Source of the DNA: a virus
Length of the DNA: 64,000 nucleotides
Virus record (IMG/VR): IMGVR_UViG_3300033121_002012
Coordinates: 2,069-66,068 of that record
Reading direction: 5' to 3' (one strand)
Positions within the stretch are counted from its first letter, which is position 1. Each line of letters starts with the position of its first letter. A program made the translations under genes and the position numbers. Shown here in pieces: positions 55,605-63,494 of the stretch. The notes beneath the pieces were generated by a model. That model was not told the origin of the DNA. It ran no database searches and saw only the letters and a list, made by a program, of their open reading frames with translations.

Positions 55605-57037
55605 GCGCCAACTTCAGCCGCCTGCTTGGCAGCTTCGGCAGCCACAAAATCATCCTGCTTGGAGGCACCCCAATTCAATCCGAACTTACCGGCACACACC
55701 GGGCCGTAGCCCACGTCGGTTGAGCGGTCATCCGTCAAATTGCGACCGCAGAAGCAGCAGCGACCCGTCAGCTTGCCGTACTTCGCCGCCACCGTCTCTG
55801 GGTCAGCCGCAAACTGGAGCAACTGACGCTCAACCGTCGGCGGACATTCCCGCACCGGGAAGAAACGACCTTCCGGTGTGATCTTGCCGTAGTAGCGGTC
55901 GCCGCTCTTGACGTAAATGCTGCCTGCGTTTTTGGAAGCCGCCCCCGCCAAGGAGAGATGCAGATGGCTGCTGGCGTCATCCGCCAGCCGGATGGCCGGG
56001 TGCTTCAGCTTGGACTCGGTGGCCGCTGTAAACATTGCGAAGATGCGAGGCATACCGTTGACGTTCAACTGCGCAATCTTGGGCTGCGGCAGGGAACGGC
56101 GGTAGGCTTCAATGATGTAGGCGGCGATGCCGCAGAGCCGGGGTTCAATGGCTTCGGCGCGGGCGCAGGCGAGCAGGTTATGCTCAAAGTCACCCAGCGT
56201 GCGGTTCGCGGATTTGAAGCTGGTGATTACCATGTCGCGGATGGCGTCAGCAGTCATGTCTTCCGGGTCAGCCAAGACCGGACTGTACTTTCGGAGCACC
56301 CACTGCCGGGCCTCGTAAGCCAGCGCGGTCGCTTCCGGGGTGATTTCGTAGGGCTGTCCCAAAACTCCGTTCATTGCCATCTGCGCCTTGTCCGACGTGG
56401 AGTTGCCGTGACCCGCTGCCGAAACCATCTTGCGCGTAATGTAGCGCCCGTCTTTCAGCACCACTGCCGCCACATGGCCCAAGAAGGTGTCGAGATCAAT
56501 CCGGTAAATGTGCCGGACGTTGGCGCTGCCTTTCAGCCATTCAATGCGGGTGGCGGCGCTGCAAACATCAAAAGCGTTGAACAGGTGCTCGGACGCCTTG
56601 GTCATCTGGTGCGGCGACGTGCCGAGAAAATCTTCAAGGCAGGAGGAACCGACCTGCATGACGCGGCCATCGCGTGTGTGCTGAACGATGTAGGTGTCGT
56701 TGCGCATCCGGTTGGTCTTGCAGTGGGAACAATAAGCCGGAGCATCCCGGTATTCGGCAGGCACCGTATAACCGGGCTTGGAGCGCGTGATGTTACCTTC
56801 TTCCGTGTGAACAATGGTGGCGACAAATTCCCAGCCGTTGCAGGTAGGCGTATCGCCGGTGACTTCGAGATTGATGTAGCGGACAAGCTTGGTGGCATCC
56901 GTGGCACTGGGATGATCCACGTGACCGGTGATGGTGAAGGTGACCGGCTTGGCCCCGATCCGCAGGAGCTTGGCGTTGAGGCGGGTCAGTTTCTCCGTCA
57001 GGGTTTTGAAATTGGCTTCGTAGATTTCGTAATTCAT
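55601..57037 (-). CDS. Early protein with C-terminal DUF6011-like Zn finger
   Basis: CSHC...VGSSCL; C-terminal CCFCGRNLTD..S..VGYGPVCA; start ATG 57037. Confidence 0.7.
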   Translation of the reverse strand: MNYEIYEANFKTLTEKLTRLNAKLLRIGAKPVTFTITGHVDHPSATDATKLVRYINLEVTGDTPTCNGWEFVATIVHTEEGNITRSKPGYTVPAEYRDAPAYCSHCKTNRMRNDTYIVQHTRDGRVMQVGSSCLEDFLGTSPHQMTKASEHLFNAFDVCSAATRIEWLKGSANVRHIYRIDLDTFLGHVAAVVLKDGRYITRKMVSAAGHGNSTSDKAQMAMNGVLGQPYEITPEATALAYEARQWVLRKYSPVLADPEDMTADAIRDMVITSFKSANRTLGDFEHNLLACARAEAIEPRLCGIAAYIIEAYRRSLPQPKIAQLNVNGMPRIFAMFTAATESKLKHPAIRLADDASSHLHLSLAGAASKNAGSIYVKSGDRYYGKITPEGRFFPVRECPPTVERQLLQFAADPETVAAKYGKLTGRCCFCGRNLTDDRSTDVGYGPVCAGKFGLNWGASKQDDFVAAEAAKQAAEVGA

Positions 57038-57043
57038 AACGGC

Positions 57044-57086
57044 ACTGTAAACAAACGTGACTATGCTGTCAACATTATATTTTAAT
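57044..57086 (-). promoter_or_regulatory. Sigma70-like early promoter
   Basis: Minus strand TTGACA-17nt-TACAGT with AT-rich UP; ATG 6 nt downstream. Confidence 0.75.
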
Positions 57087-57165
57087 GGGGCGCAGTTTGT
57101 GGGACAATCCAAGTGGGTGTGCCTGATTATCAACGCCTTAAACTACCTCCCTCCAGCAGCCTATT

Positions 57166-57699
57166 TTAAGAGGGGAAGCGATTTTTCTGGTAAGGCTTAT
57201 CTTCGTAACCCAGCGCCGCGCTGGCTTTGCTCCAGAAACCGGGCAGTGGTTTCCAGAACAGGGCGATCTCCACGCGCCAGTCACCGGGATCATTCTCGAA
57301 GTCGCCGTAGTCCGTGTGCAAATCGTAATCGTCGTGCTGGGGCGTCAAACGGCTGAGTTCACAGCGAAACTCCACCTTGGCCCGGCGGCAGGCCGCCCGG
57401 AACATGTTCATGATCCGTCCCCGCAACTGCAAAGTATCCTCCGGGCTGGGCGCTACCCGTGCTCCGGCGGCCAGCCACTCGGAACGATAAAGCCAGTCCA
57501 CAAAACCCGCCTCAACATCCCAGAGGTCTTCCGCGCTATTGGTGATCCGAATGTTCCGCCAGCCTTTCTCCACCAGTTCGTCCCGCAACACTCCCGCCAG
57601 CAGCCGACCGGGATCACCGCCGGTGTATTCCGCTAAGGGCGCATCCTCCGGGGGAAGGTCGTTCTCCAACAAATTGTTTACAACAGACGGCGCATTCAT
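57166..57699 (-). CDS. Putative internal head protein
   Basis: MNAPSVVNNLLEND; coupled to the neck gene. Confidence 0.55.
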   Translation of the reverse strand: MNAPSVVNNLLENDLPPEDAPLAEYTGGDPGRLLAGVLRDELVEKGWRNIRITNSAEDLWDVEAGFVDWLYRSEWLAAGARVAPSPEDTLQLRGRIMNMFRAACRRAKVEFRCELSRLTPQHDDYDLHTDYGDFENDPGDWRVEIALFWKPLPGFWSKASAALGYEDKPYQKNRFPS

Positions 57700-58460
57700 C
57701 AGTCGATCATGGCGGGAGTATGCCGCTGCATTCCCTTCAACTGCTCCATGAGTTTGTCGACTTCCGCCTGCGCCTGCTCCCGCTTTTGCTGGTCAAGCTG
57801 GAGGTTCTGCGCGGGGCCGGGGATCGCGCCGCTGTATTTCATCCAGAGTTCCCCTAGTTGCAGCTTCGAGGTTGCCAGCGCATAGCGCTTCACCCAGTCC
57901 GATCCCGTGTAGTCCAGCTTCTCCGTGCGCTCGTGCGGCCAGTAAGCGAACACTCCCGCCTGATAGCGCTCAATGGGATTGTGGATGTAGAGCGCCCGTT
58001 CGCTATCGTCGTAATACCAGTCCGGCTTGATCGACGTGACCCGCTGCCACGTTTTACGCCAGCGCAGGAAAGTATCGTACTCATCCAGACCGGTGCGAAA
58101 CAGGGGCGCAGGATTGATGAGGTTACCGTAGAAGATTTCCGTGGGCACGGGGTTGGGTTCCACGAAGTCGATCTGCACAATGCCCAGCCCGACGTTGACT
58201 CCCTGCAAATAGCGAAACTGTCCCCGTGTCAGAATAAGATTGCCGACCTTGATGTTCGGCACCCACTGAGAGTAAAGCCCCAACGCATCCTGAATGTGAT
58301 CGAGAATCTGCTGGTTCGTCAGTTCCACGTTCCAGACAGGGCCACCTAACTGACGAATGACGTAGTTTTTTAGCTGGTCAACCGTGTAGCCGACCAAGGG
58401 CAGCGTATCCGGGCTGTTGGCGCTGGTTGCTACGGGCGTGCTGGCGTTGCTTGTGACCAT
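57699..58460 (-). CDS. Neck protein (T4 gp13-like)
   Basis: LKNYVIRQLGGPVWNVELT..QI, WVKRYALA..K..LG...KY..IPGP; GTAGTTA upstream. Confidence 0.88.
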   Translation of the reverse strand: MVTSNASTPVATSANSPDTLPLVGYTVDQLKNYVIRQLGGPVWNVELTNQQILDHIQDALGLYSQWVPNIKVGNLILTRGQFRYLQGVNVGLGIVQIDFVEPNPVPTEIFYGNLINPAPLFRTGLDEYDTFLRWRKTWQRVTSIKPDWYYDDSERALYIHNPIERYQAGVFAYWPHERTEKLDYTGSDWVKRYALATSKLQLGELWMKYSGAIPGPAQNLQLDQQKREQAQAEVDKLMEQLKGMQRHTPAMID

Positions 58461-58475
58461 GCCCTAACTACCGCC

Positions 58476-59567
58476 TCACTGCGTGGCCGCCGGATAGGGA
58501 GCCATGATGGCTTTTACCCGCTCAGGATGTTTGGCCTCCGCGTGCTTGAGCAATTGCGACCGGAATTTGTGGGGTGCCGAGCACGCCATGCAAACAAACT
58601 GATTACTGGGCGTCATCGGCTTCAACGGTGGAGCCGGTGATCGCGGGGCCGGTCGCGGTGCCGGAGCCGCCGCTGGTTCAACTTCGTCAACTTCCGGCTC
58701 TGGAAGCACGGCTGCGGCTGACGCCTGCGGCGAATCTTCCTGCATGGTGACTTCCATCTCAGGTTCATTACTCTCGGTTAACGGCTCCGGCTCGTCTTCC
58801 GGTGCCGGTGCGGTTTCCACGATAGGCGTTCCGGCCACGATGGGACTGTTCGCAGGAGTGTTTACAACGGCGGTGTTGGCGAATGGATTAGCCGACGCGT
58901 CTTCGGGTGGTGGGGTGGCGGCTCCTTGATTCAAACCGGCCACCAACTGGGTGCGAGCGGAGCGGTTGGGATCGTCCTTGGGCAGCGTCAACATTTCCTT
59001 CGGCAACGGCGGAGCAGGCTTGTTCATACCGGGATCAGTGGAATAGCGCATCTTGGGAATGCCGCTAGGGGGCAGCCCGGTCGTGTCATTCACGCCGTAA
59101 TCTTCCGGCACTTCGCGCACTTTGCGTACGAAGCCGCGCTTGCGGGCTTCCTCCATCGACATGGGCTTGACGGATTCCGTGGCGCTGGCAACCACAGCGG
59201 CAGGCAATGCGGACTGCGCGGACGACACAGCCGGTTGGGGCTGGGTCAGCACAGGCTGGCGGCGACCCTGTTCATCGCGTGTAAAACTGGTGATCGCCCG
59301 CACCGGATTGCCCGAGGCAGTGGCGGTCACCGGCGCAGTGACCTCCGGGATCACAATGATCGGCACTTCTTTTTCCGAAAGCTCCCGGTGCAACTGCTTG
59401 TTGTTTGCGTAGACCTCAAAGTAAGGATCGTTGATCTTACGCCCGGCACGATCCAGCAGATATTTGCCCGGCTCCAGCGTCAAGGTGATGTTGAGGCGGG
59501 AGATGACCAATTGAATGGGCCAGCGGTTGCCGTTGTAATAGCCAACTACCTTCGTCGTATTGCTCAT
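58476..59567 (-). CDS. Pro-rich protein with C-terminal C2H2 zinc finger
   Basis: FVCMACSAPHKFRSQLLKHAEAKH; start ATG 59567 after GTTCT. Confidence 0.65.
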   Translation of the reverse strand: MSNTTKVVGYYNGNRWPIQLVISRLNITLTLEPGKYLLDRAGRKINDPYFEVYANNKQLHRELSEKEVPIIVIPEVTAPVTATASGNPVRAITSFTRDEQGRRQPVLTQPQPAVSSAQSALPAAVVASATESVKPMSMEEARKRGFVRKVREVPEDYGVNDTTGLPPSGIPKMRYSTDPGMNKPAPPLPKEMLTLPKDDPNRSARTQLVAGLNQGAATPPPEDASANPFANTAVVNTPANSPIVAGTPIVETAPAPEDEPEPLTESNEPEMEVTMQEDSPQASAAAVLPEPEVDEVEPAAAPAPRPAPRSPAPPLKPMTPSNQFVCMACSAPHKFRSQLLKHAEAKHPERVKAIMAPYPAATQ

Positions 59568-59568
59568 G

Positions 59569-59877
59569 TCATTTAAGAACAGGTTTTTGTGATTTGTCCG
59601 AAGAAATTTCCAGTGGTTCCAGTCGCCGGATAAAAACCGGTGTCGTGTCCCCCACCCACGCGCCAATAACGTTGAAGTCAAATTACTCCGCCGCCTCGTC
59701 CGGGGTGCAGCCACCTTTCACCAGCAAGTCGATGTATTTGTCGTAATCGTACGCCGCCACCACTGGCATTCCGAAACGGTTCGCCACGCCGATGAGTGCT
59801 GCGTCAAAACCATCACAAAACAGTGCTTCAGGATTTACCTCGGCTACCGCTACACGCATGGGATGATCGTTGGCCAC
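59569..59877 (-). pseudogene. Conserved small phage protein interrupted by one in-frame TAA
   Basis: ALFCDGFDAALIG...DEAAE*FDFNVIGAWVGDTTPVFI; the frame continues to TGA at 59569. Confidence 0.65.
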
Positions 59878-59910
59878 AAAATAAAGAACGGCAATCCCGA
59901 AGGACTGCCG
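59878..59910 (-). terminator. Rho-independent terminator with cUUCGg tetraloop
   Basis: CGGCAGTCC-TTCG-GGATTGCCG-TTCTTTATTTT. Confidence 0.8.
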
Positions 59911-59955
59911 CTCTCAACAAAGGGAGAAGATGAATTCTCTTGGCTCCAGCTTAAC

Positions 59956-60522
59956 TCAGGCCCATAACCGTTTCAACCATTCAAAATTAGACTGCGTAGC
60001 CGAACCCAGCAGCACGTAACGGCTGGTCGCCCGCTTCAACACCACGCCTTCGTAGATCGGCAAATTCCGCGACCGGCGCAGCAACCACGCCAGCGACGGC
60101 GTTTCAAACATCCACGGGTGCTTCAGAAATTTCACCAAGTCCTTGGCCAGCGCCACCCGCTCATGAACCTCGGTCAACAGCAGGCTGTTGCCGTTGCAGG
60201 CCAGCAACTCGAAGGGATAAAAATTACCTTTGAACACTTCTCCGTCAAAGCAGGTGTGATTTGGCAGGCGCAGAAAATCCTGACCGTTTTTGACCTTGCA
60301 GCGGTAACGACTGCCGTGCCGGTTTTGCACAAAGACGTGCTTGTCCACCACCGCCAATCCCGCCCGATCACCGCCCAGCTTGGGCTGCATTGACCAGAGC
60401 TTCTGTTCCACGGCTTCGTGCCAAAGCTGGCGGATATGCTCAGGCCGACCCAGCCGCCGACCGTGCCGGGGGCGCATGGGGTAGAAGGGCATCGCCAGCC
60501 CGGTGCAGATTTCAATTTTCAC
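59956..60522 (-). CDS. Minimal ATP-dependent ligase-like nucleotidyltransferase
   Basis: QPKLGGDR (motif I variant), NRHG, FDGEV, FELL, EGVVLK, WLK; no OB domain. Confidence 0.7.
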   Translation of the reverse strand: MKIEICTGLAMPFYPMRPRHGRRLGRPEHIRQLWHEAVEQKLWSMQPKLGGDRAGLAVVDKHVFVQNRHGSRYRCKVKNGQDFLRLPNHTCFDGEVFKGNFYPFELLACNGNSLLLTEVHERVALAKDLVKFLKHPWMFETPSLAWLLRRSRNLPIYEGVVLKRATSRYVLLGSATQSNFEWLKRLWA

Positions 60523-60530
60523 AGTAAGCT

Positions 60531-60559
60531 ACTGTATACAATCCAGTAGCTACCGTCAA
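60531..60559 (-). promoter_or_regulatory. Sigma70-like early promoter
   Basis: TTGACG-17nt-TACAGT; GTG 8 nt downstream. Confidence 0.7.
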
Positions 60560-60568
60560 CATCAATCT

Positions 60569-60916
60569 TTATGGCACATCCACCGCCCAAGGCGATACCC
60601 GCAGCTTTACCTGCTCATGGAGTTCCGCGTTCAAATACCCGGCGCTCTCCCCATCCAGATAGATGTAATCCGGCTGCATTCCTTGGCACCCTCGGGTACA
60701 GCGCACCAGTTCCCGCACGATACAGGTGCCGCGCTCATTGTGGTCGACCTGTAGGTGTTCACCCCGCTTGAAGCCCAGTTGTTCCGCTGTTTGGGGGAGC
60801 ATGTAGATGCCGCAGCAGCAGGCATCGACAACCACGCCCACACGCATGGTCACCGTTCCATCCGCTTGCAATACTGGCAGGGCTTTACGAGGCCGACGAT
60901 TACTGGTTTTCTTCAT
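60569..60916 (-). CDS. Hypothetical protein
   Basis: Operonic ORF. Confidence 0.5.
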   Translation of the reverse strand: MKKTSNRRPRKALPVLQADGTVTMRVGVVVDACCCGIYMLPQTAEQLGFKRGEHLQVDHNERGTCIVRELVRCTRGCQGMQPDYIYLDGESAGYLNAELHEQVKLRVSPWAVDVP

Positions 60917-61158
60917 TGCTTCAGGGCAGCCAACAACCGGGTTTTCTCGTTGACCGGCGCAGCTTCCATTTGCGCGGGCACTTCCTGAAACGCGGCCACG
61001 ACTTGGTTGTTCCGGTTGACCAATTCGATGGTCGTTTTATTTTCCCGGAATTCCAAGCCCCGCTTTTTCGCGAGCCACCTGATCTCGTGATCGGAGTAGT
61101 CCTTGTTACGCCGCCAGACGCGGGAAAAGGATCGGTTGTTTAGCCGATAGACTGCCAT
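60913..61158 (-). CDS. Hypothetical protein
   Basis: GTTCT 8 nt upstream. Confidence 0.55.
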   Translation of the reverse strand: MAVYRLNNRSFSRVWRRNKDYSDHEIRWLAKKRGLEFRENKTTIELVNRNNQVVAAFQEVPAQMEAAPVNEKTRLLAALKQ

Positions 61159-61164
61159 GCCACC

Positions 61165-61653
61165 TTAGAACTTGATTTCAATGGTATGCCTGCTCAAATC
61201 CACTTCGGCCTCGGGAACAAAAACCGTGCGGCTCTTTTTCGAGGAATCCAGCGACCACTCAACCTTCCACTTGGGCTGCGCCAACCGGTACACGTTATCC
61301 GGGGTAGCGGCGTCGGGATTGGCACCGATTTCAAGCGGCTCTTTCTTTTCTGGGTATTCGTGACGAAACAGTTCGCCCGTGCTGCGCCCGTTTTCATCTT
61401 CAAACCAGCCGTCCAGCACCAGCTTGCTGACGTGAACCGTAATGTCCTTGATGCCCCACGACCGCGCTTCGATGTCCACGCTCCACCAGACTTCCATCTG
61501 GCCAAACGGGGTGTCGTCCGGCCCGCGACCGCCACCGTAAAGCGTGAGATTACCTTCCGATGGATGGAGCACGTTGTAAAACTCCAGATCGGATTCCAGC
61601 AGGCGGGCAACCGTCAATGCCGCCCGCAGATTAGTTCCATGTGGAACGTTCAT
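61165..61653 (-). CDS. Putative head-associated protein
   Basis: VARLLESD N-terminal motif; GTAGATA variant upstream. Confidence 0.55.
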   Translation of the reverse strand: MNVPHGTNLRAALTVARLLESDLEFYNVLHPSEGNLTLYGGGRGPDDTPFGQMEVWWSVDIEARSWGIKDITVHVSKLVLDGWFEDENGRSTGELFRHEYPEKKEPLEIGANPDAATPDNVYRLAQPKWKVEWSLDSSKKSRTVFVPEAEVDLSRHTIEIKF

Positions 61654-61742
61654 TCTTCTGTTCTATCTACTGTAGTTATCATGCAGTCAGCAATGCCGCT
61701 GGCTGTAAACAAAAGTCCGCGTATGCGGCAGAAAGGCAGAAA

Positions 61743-62633
61743 ATGAAACATGACCTGTTCGAGTTGTCCGTTGCCGTTCCCTCCAAGAGCGGTTCCATCA
61801 AAATCCCCGAGTACGGCCACCAAGGCTTGACCCTTGTCGAAGGCAGGAGGGGCCAGCCCTTCCTGCTAAAACTGCGCAACGACAGCGCCCAGCGGGTGCT
61901 GGCCGTCATCAGCATCGACGGGCTGGGAATCGTGGACGGTGAACCTTGCACCGAGAAATCCAAAGGCTACGTCATTCCCGCTTACAGCGCGGTGGAGATC
62001 GAAGGCTGGCGCAACAGTCTGACCGAAGTGCATAAGTTCACCTTCGAGGGCAAAACCAACGATCCCGGCACGCAGCCCTACGCCAAGAGCGTCACCGGCA
62101 GTGTTGAAAACTGCGGTGTCATTGCCGCCAAGTTCTTCAGCGAGAAATGGAAACCGGCTCCCGCTCCGGCCATCCAGCGCATCATCGAAGAACATCACCA
62201 CCATCACTACCCACGCCCGGTGCCGTTACGTCCGTGGCCTTACCCGTCATGGCCCGAGGTTTGGTACACCTGTAACGCTGGTGACAATAGTGGTCTTGCA
62301 GGCAGCCCTGTCTCTCATGAAGGGCCGATCAGTGTCAATTATTGCGCCAGCATGGACAGCCCCGGCGTCAGCACCCGTTCCGTGGACGCCTCCGAAGTTC
62401 CCGAGTTCACCCTCGGCACCGGCTGGGGCGAAGCCAAACACTCGGTCGTCACTGAAGTCGACTTTGAGCGCGACCGAGAACTCTGCACCCTGACCATCTA
62501 CTACGCGGAAGCCCTCAATCTGGAGAAAGTGGGAATCACAATGCGGAAGGATGTAGCGGTGACGCGTCCCGCATCGCCTGCCGTGTTACCGCAGGCGTTC
62601 GCGGGTTTCTGCAAACCACCGGCTAAGTGCTGA
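61743..62633 (+). CDS. Conserved hypothetical protein
   Basis: LRNDSAQRVLAVISIDG...GYVIP...IEGWR...FTF...GVIAAKFFSE...LGTGWG. Confidence 0.65.
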   Translation: MKHDLFELSVAVPSKSGSIKIPEYGHQGLTLVEGRRGQPFLLKLRNDSAQRVLAVISIDGLGIVDGEPCTEKSKGYVIPAYSAVEIEGWRNSLTEVHKFTFEGKTNDPGTQPYAKSVTGSVENCGVIAAKFFSEKWKPAPAPAIQRIIEEHHHHHYPRPVPLRPWPYPSWPEVWYTCNAGDNSGLAGSPVSHEGPISVNYCASMDSPGVSTRSVDASEVPEFTLGTGWGEAKHSVVTEVDFERDRELCTLTIYYAEALNLEKVGITMRKDVAVTRPASPAVLPQAFAGFCKPPAKC

Positions 62634-62811
62634 TGGCCAGTTCAAGCTCGACCCGCTGAAGGGTCTGCTTGCGGAGATGCGCTTCCTCCAGCGTAACCTG
62701 CCGGGCGGGCTGCACGGCGGGCTGCGGCGTCAGAATGGCGTCATCGCGACCCAAAAACCAGTTGGGCTGGCAGAGTTCGCATGTGCAGGGTTGCTGATTC
62801 TCAGCATTCAT
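62623..62811 (-). CDS. Small hypothetical protein (CxCxxC)
   Basis: Downstream of TTGCAT-17nt-TATCTT (62819-62847). Confidence 0.4.
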   Translation of the reverse strand: MNAENQQPCTCELCQPNWFLGRDDAILTPQPAVQPARQVTLEEAHLRKQTLQRVELELAIST

Positions 62812-62884
62812 TCCCGGCAAGATAGTGCGGTTGTAGACGCAATGCAACAACTATTTGTCTACGTCTACAACCGCGTCAATGCGA

Positions 62885-63445
62885 TTAGCCAAGGCGCAGG
62901 AAAGGCCGCCAGTCCGGGTGCTTGGGCTGGATCAACCGCACCATCGGCACTTCCTTCGGAGCCTCCGGCTGGCGGATCAGCCGCCAGCCGAGTTCAGCCA
63001 GCGACTTGTCGGCCTTCTTGGCGTTAACCGCCTTGGCCGTCCAGACCGTGTTCGTGAAGGTATCGCGGCCACCCCGGCTCCGGGCCAGCACGTGGTCGAC
63101 GTTACCGTCCGGGGCAGGCTTGCCGGTGATCTGGCAAATGCCGCCGTCCCGCTGCTTGATGGCCCGCTTGCTCCACTTGGGCCGCCGCTTCGGCATCTCC
63201 GCGTACTTGGACTTGCAGATGACCGTTGGCACGCGCACGGCAAAGCGGATGGCATGGATCAGCCGATCACCCTCGCGGATGGGCAGCGTGAGCCATTCCT
63301 CCCAAGTGACCGGGCGCATGTTCTCCGTGTCGATGCCGGTACAGGCACCACGGCACATGTCACAGAGGGCGGTCTGTACATCCGTTTCCTCGTAACCCTG
63401 CCACTGCTTGTTTACAACAAGCACCTTTGCCTTGAGCAGTTCCAT
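62885..63445 (-). CDS. HNH endonuclease (McrA-like)
   Basis: VLVVNKQW..., RDGGICQITG, NVDHVLARSRGG...N...N. Confidence 0.85.
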   Translation of the reverse strand: MELLKAKVLVVNKQWQGYEETDVQTALCDMCRGACTGIDTENMRPVTWEEWLTLPIREGDRLIHAIRFAVRVPTVICKSKYAEMPKRRPKWSKRAIKQRDGGICQITGKPAPDGNVDHVLARSRGGRDTFTNTVWTAKAVNAKKADKSLAELGWRLIRQPEAPKEVPMVRLIQPKHPDWRPFLRLG

Positions 63446-63494
63446 AAAGTGATACTGGGATGGGTGTTTGTTCTTGTAAAGTGTTCTTAGGTGC

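Larger units (their letters stand above)
1599..58471 (-). promoter_or_regulatory. Recurrent late-gene element GTAGTTA
   Basis: TAACTAC on the plus strand at 1599, 10944, 14623, 19076, 20166, 20519, 24110, 26292, 32113, 33611, 42028, 58465; variants at 21422, 34222, 61664. Confidence 0.85.
2442..63487. promoter_or_regulatory. Recurrent upstream element GTTCT(T/A/C)W
   Basis: 6-14 nt before starts at 2432, 3514, 3733, 8921, 12417, 25139, 26319, 33150, 34266, 42929, 43354, 43374, 44949, 59567, 59877, 61158, 63495. Confidence 0.75.

Noticed and set aside
59683-59685. Stop-codon reassignment
   Set aside because: TAA, TAG and TGA all end well-defined genes elsewhere; only one interruption seen.
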